Assembly: GCA_044229975.1 (NCBI GenBank)
Contig: JBGARZ010000006.1
Coordinates: 288,001 to 352,000, forward strand
Reading direction: 5' to 3'
DNA: 64,000 bases
Origin: Polyangiales bacterium
GTDB taxonomy: Bacteria; Myxococcota_A; Polyangia; Polyangiales; Ga0077539
Shown here piece by piece: positions 12,501 to 18,979 of this stretch. The notes under the pieces are model-generated. The model had not been told where the DNA came from. It saw nothing but the letters and a program-made list of their open reading frames with translations, and made no database searches. The position numbers were made by a program, and so were the translations under genes. Positions within the stretch are counted from its first letter, which is position 1. The number at the start of each line of letters is the position of its first letter.

Positions 12501-13658
12501 TCCGCCCTCAGCCCGCGGGCCCTCGTAGAGCTCGCCGAGCTTGCGCAGCGTGTCGACCTGCTCGGGGCCGCGCGCGTCGCCGAGGCGCTTCACTTCGAGC
12601 GCCGTCGCGAGCCGCGTCGGGTCGGCCGTGTACATCGGGATCAGCCGCAGCGCCGCGTCGCGGTTGGCCGGGTCGATCTCCAGCACCTTCTCCAGGTTGC
12701 GCGCCGCGCGGTCGACCTTCTCCTTCCGCACCTCCCAGAGCTGCGCGACCTTCGAGAACAGCGACACCTTCGTGGCGTCGTCCGCCGCGGGGTTCTCGGC
12801 CTCGCGCTCGAGCAGTCGGATGAGCTCGTCCCACTTGCCGCTCTCTTCGTAGAAGCGCTCGAGGTCGTCCCACGCGTGCATCGCGAGGTAGCGCTTCTTG
12901 AGCGCCTCCTGCGCGCGACGGTCATTGGGGTCGAGCACCAGCACGCCGCGCCACGCCTCGACGGCGATGGTGTCGTCGTTGAGCCGGTCGCCCGCGATGA
13001 GCCCGAGCTTCACGAGCAGCGCGATGCGCGCCGGGACGTCGGCTGTCATGGCCGCCTGCGAGCGCAGCACGTCGGCGAGCTTGGCGTACTCCTTGGACTT
13101 CTCGTAGAAGCCCGCGAGCTGCGTGAGGGCCTCGGGGTGCCCCGGGTCGCGCTTGAGAACCTCCTCCCACATCTCCGTCCCGACCTCGGGGCGCTTCACC
13201 TTCTCGGTGACGAAGCGCGCGAGGCCGAGGTACTGCTCCAGCTGCTGCGAAGCGGGCGCGGCGGCGGCCTCGCGACGCAGGATGCGCAGGAGCTTGTCCC
13301 AGTCCTTGCGCTTCTCGTACATCGACTTGAGGTAGTCGATGGCCTTCGCGTTTTCGGGGTCGACGTCGAGGATCTGCTCGTTGGCCTTGATGGCCTCGGC
13401 CTGGTTGGAGAAGCGCTCCAGGTAGATGCCCGCGATGCGCTCCAGCAGCGCGACGCGGTCTTCGGTGACGTCGAGCAGCTCGGCCTTCGCCTGGAGCGTC
13501 TTGATGAGGTCCTGCCAGCGCTTCTGGCCCTCGAACTTCGCCGCGGCCTCGTCGAGCTCGCGCAGGCGATCGGGGTCGGGCGGCGGGCGGAGCGTGGCGG
13601 GGCCCTCGGTGAGGTCGGTCGTGCCGTCGGTGCCCAGGATGTCGTCGGAGTTGCTCAT
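3531..13658 (-). CDS. gltI: Giant (3375 aa) TPR protein, adventurous gliding motility AgmK/GltI-like
   Basis: Continuous TPR-like repeats (...ALEALERLY...W.EL..VL); C-terminal ELTAARAGFLMCGDL...LFSMSETYFSLRESLG domain typical of myxobacterial giant TPR proteins; last gene of a glt cluster. Confidence 0.75.
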   Translation of the reverse strand: MSNSDDILGTDGTTDLTEGPATLRPPPDPDRLRELDEAAAKFEGQKRWQDLIKTLQAKAELLDVTEDRVALLERIAGIYLERFSNQAEAIKANEQILDVDPENAKAIDYLKSMYEKRKDWDKLLRILRREAAAAPASQQLEQYLGLARFVTEKVKRPEVGTEMWEEVLKRDPGHPEALTQLAGFYEKSKEYAKLADVLRSQAAMTADVPARIALLVKLGLIAGDRLNDDTIAVEAWRGVLVLDPNDRRAQEALKKRYLAMHAWDDLERFYEESGKWDELIRLLEREAENPAADDATKVSLFSKVAQLWEVRKEKVDRAARNLEKVLEIDPANRDAALRLIPMYTADPTRLATALEVKRLGDARGPEQVDTLRKLGELYEGPRAEGGLAFERYRDAFAQAPSEARSVVDLERAAALTGRWREAETAIAIAIATDAVDDAARVTLRLRAGAILAAHLDDVDGAVAQYRSVLAGDPAHPEALASLDGLLRAHGQWAELLNVLDRRLDIVTDGETRKALLLDVVHVAEEKLQNLPRAVSAATAIVAEFGDDPEALAALSRLYEKQEQWPELAEVLRRELDVHDVLGDEAKVTAIRFQLATVTQSRLGQAGEALELYRSVLATAPDHDGARVALEGLLRDPSLRHAAAEVLQPVYELRGDWEALVRALEILVAEGDNKAERVALLQRIGAVCATELGQPTRGLEAYGRAFQEDPSNAEVTETLMRVSEAVDGWSQVVVLFREAAEQHAGTPLARDLYVRVAEIEGRFLGNVQNAVTALERVLDANPGDVAVLEALERTWRSANRWPNVLTTLRRRLDVTSDPEEYDRVHAEIAVVQDERLNDADAAISTYREMLERDPTNAIALAALDRTFTRLGRWSDLADNLVQQVTLAPDGESRAALQFRLADVQDQKLGNREAAIEILRDVVTHEEASERAATALEGMLGDKTFTATVVDTLEPVYRATGAWDRLVLALEVQAGLSERAQKVDLLHRVAELRETALDDGAGAFEALSQALTEDPSRDDTLNGLDRLARSLDVDKQFVEVIEARIATLGEEDAEVRVALHRRASAVAEERLQDLDRAIGHEVAALAVQPENLDAVSALERLYQLTDRPKELTETLIRKAEILAEVDERKAYLWRAAEIQETVLNDVEGAVRTYRRIVEIDDSEVAALDSLIRIFVTAQRWTELLAAYEKKAELISDADEKKRLFFEVAAVHESELKDNDRAIDAYNRVLEFDPTDLLAIQKLDALYTAQGRWQDLLSVLEREAELAADPDEVASYRFRVAKLHEGSLADVPRAVEIYREIVETIPDHAPSLGALTVILRGTQAPLAAAAVLEPVHSAAGSFESLVEVLEVQARHTDDVPHKLELLQRIAEVNESALDRPEAAFEALARAVALDPRVDDNLGNFERLAEGLSKWDRVVAVYDGAVDTLADDPYRHVELLLRIGQIHEVQRADADAAIARYRSVLEVDATNAGALRALDRLYEALERWPEVAEVLRRELTLSDLSPDDAVTLRYRLGQVLEHRLNDASGALAVYREIIDVQADHAETVAALEAMFTRGVLRSEVAATLDPLYRMYEDWEKLADLEARTLDLLPDAEARVLAMRGIAEILEEKRADAAGAFGWLGRAVKEAPLDDRSLTEVERLAAATGAWDELTNVYADVVEAETSDDAIRVAIGKRLARVHEEERGDLPSAEGAYQFVLDVAPLDADALESLDRLHTASGEAEKLVTILERRARITEDPEEKVGHTLRLAGILQNDLDRVDDAVVQYRAVVENIDARNRPSLDALEAIYANQQRWPDLYAVQERKLDAADSDDERADTYTRMARIAESYLQRPDDAVKLYEQVLVIRGEEAETLSAVAALHEAAGRWQELIDVLERQLGSEADSDKRVEIALRVAAVYLEKLGDTERAIESYRRVLDIESASFDALRALAAIYRAGERWDELVQTLQTLISLGTATLSNDEIRGAWSELGTLYWMTLGLGDEAVDAWRNALEVEPTDATALSALLTIHTAREEWRDVVDVLGKQAANTDDAAQKVALHLAAADVWEERIQEPDGARASYEAVLEAEALHGRAFTALESLHREAARWDELSGLYVARHDKLVEDEKVAEAVPFMVRAARVFETELGDHEQAYAAAQIAFEEDVTNAEAVETLEKITSTLSRWNELLKTTMDAYGAEPVGPRKTQLGLHAAKWYGLELGHPEWAIPIYNQILAAEPSNLHALRSQADLYRKLGQWQPLAKTLQRAVEVARSPEDRRTAHVQLGEVYEKNLKQPSQAVEQFHAALAIDGGDGAALTALARVHAAAEDWPALVEVLRRHIDSTQDPAEAAELRMRVGSVLEERINDQEGAAAEYALVLQSDPVNLAALRGLEGIYARLGRSQELLGILEQQLEVVATERERIKLLTRIGGMLEEEFVRPALAIERFERVLEIDPSHDPSLRALERLYRATGQWNELISTLERHLTATTERRDRVPIFLQMGHVFADERRDLDHAEDAFLNVLQIEQENTDALDSLARIYESRQDWHRATDTLEQLAQYVAGDVGKAVELRVRVGKIAETSLGDELRAVEQYQAALDLDQEHLPALEALRAIATRREDWYEVARYLDREQAATALPRTRAKLLTELGRIQAQYLDDEEQSIRCYEEALRNDADQEEAAWPLANYYVANQRWAEAEPLVEMLTRRASRRDPAEQLQIQLMMGRVAVKIGKGDRAIKAFTAAQTLDRANVEAISALALAYFDKQDWDNAFKHYQVLLVHHKDDLDAEQRADLYHRLGVVKAAQGDRRRAVNFLEKSLEEYPGYRPALGALIDTHAAGNEWEPAIGYRSQLLDMEDDEEKRFAMLLEIGSLWQEKAKNNQKAIQAFAGASELKPKDRALLNRLLPLYTEGKQWSKVIDTAQRISDLETNNDRKAVYAYTIATIYNKELKNPDEALTFYGQALDLNPNELKPFAKVNEILTARRDWRNLSRAYKRMIERVAGKPESRDLEYNLLHPLGLIYRDRLGENDKALAVFKLASERKPDDLTEHKIIAELAAKMGDANESISRWQTIATQDMGNAEALHAIYDLYYNAHQHDKAWCVAATTTFLLRDRAREDLRAFFEQYRPRKALQPTGRLTEEHWVKQLFHPNEDPVVGKIFASILGAVRRAKVKPLAQFGFTQAELQNPQNTTVALVRSLATSSQALNLPLPSIFLKPQQQGGLGYVPADPIASFAGAGLLSGLRPEELAFVAAKHMSYYRNEHYIRVLLPTTQELTVMLLAAIKLVKSDQDVPVESAQAAQTLAPLMASDPVAVEGLRKVVRYFLEQGGASNIKKWYQSVELTAARAGFLMCGDLEITRKMLALEPGLPGDLAPAEKLKDVILFSMSETYFSLRESLGINFQVQSASY

Positions 13659-13741
13659 CGTCGTTCCTTCAAGACCTCAGCGGCGCTGCGCGATCGCGCT
13701 CCGCCCTCGTAGCGGGATTCTGTCTGCGGAGTTGAGGGCGC

Positions 13742-14608
13742 TCAGTGCGCGCCGGGCGTCTGGAGCTGCGACAGCTTGTTCTGCGCGATGTCGATGTACT
13801 CGCGCGGCACCGTCGACGGGTGCGCCGCCAGGAAGCGCTGGAGGTACAAGATCGCCTGCGCGCGCCGCTCCGGGATGTCGGCGAGCGTGTAGCCCGCGGA
13901 GAACATCGCCTCGGCCATCTCCGGGTCTTCGCGCGTCGCGGCGACGAACTCCTCGACGGCCGGCTCGCGCTGCCCCTGATCGAGCAGGACGTTGCCGAGC
14001 ACGTTGTGCATCGAGCCGCGCTCGACGGCGCCCTCGGGCGCGATGCGGAGTCCTTCGCGGAGCACCTGCGCGGCGCGATCGAACTCGTGCACCTGGCGGT
14101 AGAGCCGGCCGAGGTGCGCGTACGAGCTGTAGCTGCGCGGCGCCTTCGTGAGCGCGGTGGTGTACGCCTGGAGCGCGACCTGCGGCTCATCGAGTCGCTC
14201 GGCCACGAGGCCCTGCCAGAAATACGCGAGGTAGTAACCCTGGTTGACCTGCGCCGCCTGCTGGAACGCCGCGCGCGCCTGCTCCCAGTGCTCCTGGTTG
14301 TAGTGCGCCTTGCCGAGTTGGAAGTGGTACTCGGCGTTGCGCGGGTTGCGCGCGATGGCGCGGGTGAGCGCCTCGGCGGCCTGCGCCCACTCGCGGTTGC
14401 GCACATGCACCAGCGAGAGGTTGTAGAGCGGCTGATCGAACTTCGGGTCGGCGTCTGCCGCGCGCTGGAACTTGTCCCTCGCATCGGTGAGGCGCCCCTG
14501 GCGCATCAGGCCCATCCCGGAGTTGTTATCCTGCACCGCTTCGCGGTTGTACTCGCTGCAGGCCATCGCGCTGACGACCAGGAAGACACCACACCAACGC
14601 TTCATCAC
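13742..14608 (-). CDS. TPR lipoprotein in the glt cluster
   Basis: Signal peptide ending in lipobox SAMAC, followed by about 6-7 canonical TPRs. Confidence 0.8.
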   Translation of the reverse strand: MMKRWCGVFLVVSAMACSEYNREAVQDNNSGMGLMRQGRLTDARDKFQRAADADPKFDQPLYNLSLVHVRNREWAQAAEALTRAIARNPRNAEYHFQLGKAHYNQEHWEQARAAFQQAAQVNQGYYLAYFWQGLVAERLDEPQVALQAYTTALTKAPRSYSSYAHLGRLYRQVHEFDRAAQVLREGLRIAPEGAVERGSMHNVLGNVLLDQGQREPAVEEFVAATREDPEMAEAMFSAGYTLADIPERRAQAILYLQRFLAAHPSTVPREYIDIAQNKLSQLQTPGAH

Positions 14609-14737
14609 GATCCTCGGGTGCTACGAGCCCGATGCGGACTCCGACGGCGCGCGATGATAGGTGGACGTTCATCGCGCCGACAATCGAAAAGCCGACGGAT
14701 TTATGGCCTCCGCAGAACTTCGCGCGCGGTCGTTCCT

Positions 14738-14902
14738 CGGGCCCACGCCGCAGCGTCAGCGCGGCGCGCAACGGTCACGCCCGCAGGCACCGGGCCTACG
14801 CCGCGGCGTCAGCGCGGCGCGCGATCTTCGCGGGCGACGGTCCAGAACGGGGACTGTGAATGTGGTGGATGCGCGCCGCGCTGACGTCGCGGCGTAGGCC
14901 CG
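14738..14902. repeat. Three copies of a 32-bp REP-like unit (two direct, one inverted)
   Basis: CGGGCC(C/T)ACGCCGC(A/G)GCGTCAGCGCGGCGCGC at 14738-14769 and 14791-14822. The inverted copy at 14871-14902 has 1 mismatch to copy 2. Confidence 0.85.
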
Positions 14903-14935
14903 AGGCGCAGGTCGCGCCCGATGGGACGGCGGGGC

Positions 14936-17044
14936 TTACTGATCGGCAGGCTGGAGGTTGAACGGATAGTTCACCGTCACCACGCCGCCGCCCTCGGGAG
15001 CCGGGAACTGCCAGCGCCGCACCGCGTTGGCGATGCACTCGCCGACGCTCGGCACCGGGATGGAGCTGTCGGCCACGTTGGAGCCGATGACCGTGCCCGT
15101 ACCGCCGATGACGAAGCGGACCACCACGCGACCCGCGATGTTGGGGCTCGTGGCGAGACCCTGCTCGTAGCAGTGGTTCACCTGGCCGAGGTTGCGGAGC
15201 ACCACGCGACGGATGGCTTCCGGCGACAGAAGACCCGACACGCTCGGGGGCGCCGCGCGCACCGTCGGACCACCGGTGCCACGGTTGCGGAGACCGCGAC
15301 CCGCGCCGGAGCCGTAGCCCTGACCCGATCCGGTGCCCGAGCCGTGGCCCATCGTCCCGATGTTGCCCATGCCGATGGTGCCTTCGCCGGTACCACCACC
15401 ACCCCAGCCCGTACCGGCGGCGCCGAGGCCGCCGAAGCCGAACGCATCACCGGTGGTATCGCCGGTCATGTTGCCGTTGGCGTTGGTGTTGTCGACGCCC
15501 GACTCGGTCATCGCGCCGAAGGGCGCCACGACGCCAGAGGCGCCGCCCGCCATGCCGCCGCCCGCCGCGCCGAGGGACGCGAAGATGCCGCGGTTCTGCA
15601 CGGCGTTGATGGCGGCCTGACGGGTGAGGTGCGGGGGCTCGCCGTTGTTCTTGATGGCGTAGCGGGCGTTGCGCGACGGCGCGTCACGCCGACCCATCTT
15701 GCCTTCGTCGCCGCGGTGACGGGTGCCCGTGCCGCCCTCCTGCTGGTCGTTCGCCTGCTGCTGCGGCGGGGGCTCGGGCTGGCGCTCCTGCTGACGCTGG
15801 ATGAAGGCCGCGAGCTCGCGCAGACGGTCGTCTTCGTTGCCCGACGAGAGGAAGCCCGAGTCGTCGCTGATGGCGAAGTGCATCGTGAGCACCGCCGCCG
15901 CGACGAAGAGGAAGCCACCCGCGACGGAGCCGATGAGGGCGTTGTCGCGCTTGACGTGCCCGGCCACCACGCGTCCCGGAGCCACCACCTTCGCGACGAA
16001 GGTGAGCCCGCCGACCTCCTGGCGATAGCGGCCGTCAGGCTGGATGTTGACCTCGAAGGCGCCCGGCACCGCGGACGACGGCCGCGCGTGGCCTTGGGCC
16101 TTGAGATCTTCGAGCGTGCGCTTCGAGCCCTGGAGCTCGACCTCGCCCGTGGCGCCCGGCAAGAACACGAAGCGCGTGCCCGAGCTGTTGACCACCACGG
16201 GGAGCTCGTTGGCCCCGCCGAGGATCTCCGACCCCACCGTGAACCGCGCCACGTCGGAAAGACGATCTTCGTTCTTGTGGCTGAGGTTGATGCCGATGCC
16301 CGAGCCGACCAGCGCGGTGAGGGCGCCGACGCCGCCGACGATGATGCCGCTGTTGTCGTTGAGGTGCTGCGGGTCGGCCTTGGCCGCGCCCACCGCCATG
16401 AGCAGTCCGCCGACGCCCCAGAGCGCGCCCGTCACCTTGGACGCGGGCGTCATCGCGAGGTCTTTCCCCGTGAGGAGGAAGCTCTGGTTGTCGCGCAGGT
16501 GCGCCACGTGGAGGATCGAGCTCTTCCACATCACCGAGATCTCGACGGCGTGCGAGCCGACCTCCTCGACCTCGTGGGGATTGATCTCGCCGCGCTTGAT
16601 GAGCTGGTAGATCTCGTCGCCTTCGCCCGCGAGCGCCGACGTGGTGATGGGCGCCGAGCCACCCTCCGCCACGACCACCGACGCAGCCGCGGCACCGAGC
16701 GGCGCAGCCACGGACGCAGGAACAAACGCCCCCGCCTCGCGCGCTTCGCCCACCGAAACGGTGATCTGCGTGCTGCCCAGGGTGATGACGTCGTTGGTGT
16801 GCAGCGCCGCCTTGCTGATGGCCTGCCCGTTGACCAGCGTGCCCGACCCGAGGTCGATGATCTGCACGTCGTCGGGCTTCACCTCGATGACGGCGTGCAT
16901 CCGCGTGACGCCTTCGTCGTCGATGCGGAGGTGGGACTTCTGGTCACGGCCGACCTTGATCACGTCCTGGGCAATGGTCTCGGTGCGGACCGAGGTGCCC
17001 TGAACGATCGTGAACGTGATTGGAACCACCATCTTCTGCGCCAT
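14936..17044 (-). CDS. gltG: GltG/PglI: FHA domain, TM helix, Gly-rich linker, TonB-C-like (AgmX/PglI) C-terminal domain
   Basis: N-terminal IKVGR...RMHAVIE...DLGS FHA; GEGKMG-like RHRGDEGKMG motif; C-terminal LSPEAIRRVV...CYEQGL...GRVVVRFVI...WQFPAPEGGGVVTVNYPF; lies downstream of gltF. Confidence 0.88.
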   Translation of the reverse strand: MAQKMVVPITFTIVQGTSVRTETIAQDVIKVGRDQKSHLRIDDEGVTRMHAVIEVKPDDVQIIDLGSGTLVNGQAISKAALHTNDVITLGSTQITVSVGEAREAGAFVPASVAAPLGAAAASVVVAEGGSAPITTSALAGEGDEIYQLIKRGEINPHEVEEVGSHAVEISVMWKSSILHVAHLRDNQSFLLTGKDLAMTPASKVTGALWGVGGLLMAVGAAKADPQHLNDNSGIIVGGVGALTALVGSGIGINLSHKNEDRLSDVARFTVGSEILGGANELPVVVNSSGTRFVFLPGATGEVELQGSKRTLEDLKAQGHARPSSAVPGAFEVNIQPDGRYRQEVGGLTFVAKVVAPGRVVAGHVKRDNALIGSVAGGFLFVAAAVLTMHFAISDDSGFLSSGNEDDRLRELAAFIQRQQERQPEPPPQQQANDQQEGGTGTRHRGDEGKMGRRDAPSRNARYAIKNNGEPPHLTRQAAINAVQNRGIFASLGAAGGGMAGGASGVVAPFGAMTESGVDNTNANGNMTGDTTGDAFGFGGLGAAGTGWGGGGTGEGTIGMGNIGTMGHGSGTGSGQGYGSGAGRGLRNRGTGGPTVRAAPPSVSGLLSPEAIRRVVLRNLGQVNHCYEQGLATSPNIAGRVVVRFVIGGTGTVIGSNVADSSIPVPSVGECIANAVRRWQFPAPEGGGVVTVNYPFNLQPADQ

Positions 17045-17203
17045 CGCACTCCCTGTCGCGTATGTCGTGACCCGTCTCGGTCACACAACGCTGGCCTTTC
17101 CAGCGAGCACATCGCTCGCCAGAAGCTTCGACAACAGACTCACCCGGAAGTTCCAGGGCGGGCGGCACTGTACCGACCCGCCCCGAGAACCGTCAACGCA
17201 TCC

Positions 17204-17473
17204 TCAGAGGTTCTCGACGGACTTGAGCATCTCGGGGACGAAGTGCTCGCGGATGCGGATGAGGCTGATGCCTGCGCTCCGCCGCCGCACCCGCGAGGTC
17301 TCGCCGTCCGGCCGCACCAGCTGGCCCTGCACGAGCTCGTCGGTGAAGTTGAACTCCTGCGTGCGACCGCCGCCCGCCGCTGCGCCGCCCGCCGCCGGCG
17401 GGGTCTGCGCCATCGCGCTCCCGCCGAGGGTCATCGCCGCGCCCATCACCACCATCGCCACGATCTTCTTCAT
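17204..17473 (-). CDS. gltF: GltF/CglF small secreted gliding-motility protein (89 aa)
   Basis: Signal peptide MKKIVAM...SAMAQ, then FTDELVQGQLVRPDG...SLIRIREHFVPEMLKSVENL, the CglF signature; lies between gltE and gltG. Confidence 0.88.
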   Translation of the reverse strand: MKKIVAMVVMGAAMTLGGSAMAQTPPAAGGAAAGGGRTQEFNFTDELVQGQLVRPDGETSRVRRRSAGISLIRIREHFVPEMLKSVENL

Positions 17474-17507
17474 AAAGTCTCTACGCCTCGATGTTTGTCG
17501 GTGAACG

Positions 17508-18962
17508 TTACGGGTTTGCCGCAGGCGCCGCCGGCTGTCCAGCAGCGGGCGCTGCGGCCGGGGCCGCGGCGGGGGCCGCACCTGCCGCGGGAGCAGGCGT
17601 GGCTTCGGGCGTGGGGGTCGCGCCCGGGGCCGGGGTTGGGGTCGTGCCGCCGCCCACGGCCTGGAGGGCCGTGATCGTCTGACCGATGTTGCGGATGTGC
17701 CGGTTGGCGTTGGTCACCGACGTCAGGAAGCGGGCGTTGGAGCCCGCCCGCTGCACGAACTGCTGCAACAGCTCCTGCGCCGTCCGCAGCACCGGGATGG
17801 TGCCGCCCATGTAGTTCATGTTGAGAACGCCGAGGTTGTAGTAGGCGTCGGGGCGGTTGGCGTCGAGGGTGCGCGCCCGCTCGTACTCCTGCTGGGCCCG
17901 GGCGAGGGTCTGCGCCCGCTCGGCGTCGGGCTGCGTGAGCGCGAGGCCGCGCAGCGCCACGCCGAGGCCGATGTGTGCGTCGTAGCTGTCGTCGCGCAGT
18001 GCGATGGCGTGCTCGAAGGCCTCCTTCGCGTCCTGGTACCCGCGGAACGACAGGTTGATCGTGCCGTAGTTGATCCACGCCTCGAACATCGTCGGGTTGA
18101 GCGTGTACGCGCGGCGGAAGTGCTCCAGCGCCTTGATGATCTCGTTGCGCCGGATGTCGATGATGCCCCACGTGTTGTAGACGTCCGCGCTGAACGTCCG
18201 CACGTCCGGCGCGAGGTCGGCGTTGGACGCCTGCGCCACCTGAGCAGCCTGCGCGCACACGAGGCCCGCGAGGAAGATCATGCGCGAGTTGGGGTCGTCG
18301 CCCGCCTGCTGGAGGTACGACAGCGCGAGCTGGTTGCGGGCCGGGATGTACCGGTCGTCGAGGGCCAGCGCCGAGCGGATGTTGCGCACCACGGGCGCCC
18401 AGTCCTGCGGCGTCGTGGGGTTGGCTTCGCGCAGCACCAGCGCGAGGTTGGTGTAGCCCTCCACGCAGTGCGTCGGGTCTTGCTGGATGGCCTGCTCGAA
18501 GGCCTGCCGCGCGCCCGCGACGTCGTGGCGGCGGTAGGCCATCACGCCGAGCTGCACCTTGGCGCGGCAGTAGTTGCCGTTGGCCGCGGTGAGCGCGCGG
18601 TTGAGCGCCGTCGCGGCCTGCTCGTTCATCCCGCAGCGGTCGAAGACCAGTCCGCGGTTGAACCACGCGTCGGGGAAGTTGCCGTTGGCCTGCGCGCCCG
18701 CGGCCTGCTCGAAGAGCCCCGCGACCTCGTTGCAGGTCTCCGGCGTCCAGTCGCCGCGGTTGCCGTTGGCCTCGTCGTGCGTGCGCATCGCCGTGGCCGC
18801 GCTGTTGAAGCGCGTGTTGGCCGTCTCGTTGACCGCCGTGCCGGCGGCCGTGGTGATGGTCTGCCCGTTCGCGGCGCGAGCGGGCGTGGTGGGGGTCGCG
18901 GGTCGGCTGCACGCGGCCAGCGAGAGGAGGGCGATCGCGCCGTGGATTGCTCGGTTCTTCAT
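17508..18962 (-). CDS. gltE: GltE/AglT TPR lipoprotein
   Basis: GGGAGAG RBS before ATG 18962; lipobox LSLAAC; TPR repeats; position between gltD and gltF. Confidence 0.8.
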   Translation of the reverse strand: MKNRAIHGAIALLSLAACSRPATPTTPARAANGQTITTAAGTAVNETANTRFNSAATAMRTHDEANGNRGDWTPETCNEVAGLFEQAAGAQANGNFPDAWFNRGLVFDRCGMNEQAATALNRALTAANGNYCRAKVQLGVMAYRRHDVAGARQAFEQAIQQDPTHCVEGYTNLALVLREANPTTPQDWAPVVRNIRSALALDDRYIPARNQLALSYLQQAGDDPNSRMIFLAGLVCAQAAQVAQASNADLAPDVRTFSADVYNTWGIIDIRRNEIIKALEHFRRAYTLNPTMFEAWINYGTINLSFRGYQDAKEAFEHAIALRDDSYDAHIGLGVALRGLALTQPDAERAQTLARAQQEYERARTLDANRPDAYYNLGVLNMNYMGGTIPVLRTAQELLQQFVQRAGSNARFLTSVTNANRHIRNIGQTITALQAVGGGTTPTPAPGATPTPEATPAPAAGAAPAAAPAAAPAAGQPAAPAANP

Positions 18963-18979
18963 CGTCGTCTCTCCCGCTC

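Noticed and set aside
5937..13712. 2591-aa plus-strand ORF, and similar long antisense ORFs (3969-5627, 14921-17674, 18947-22948, 22816-24693, 28590-30590, 38105-40261)
   Set aside because: They lie opposite well-supported genes and have no recognisable motifs. Long stop-free antisense frames are expected with very high third-position GC.
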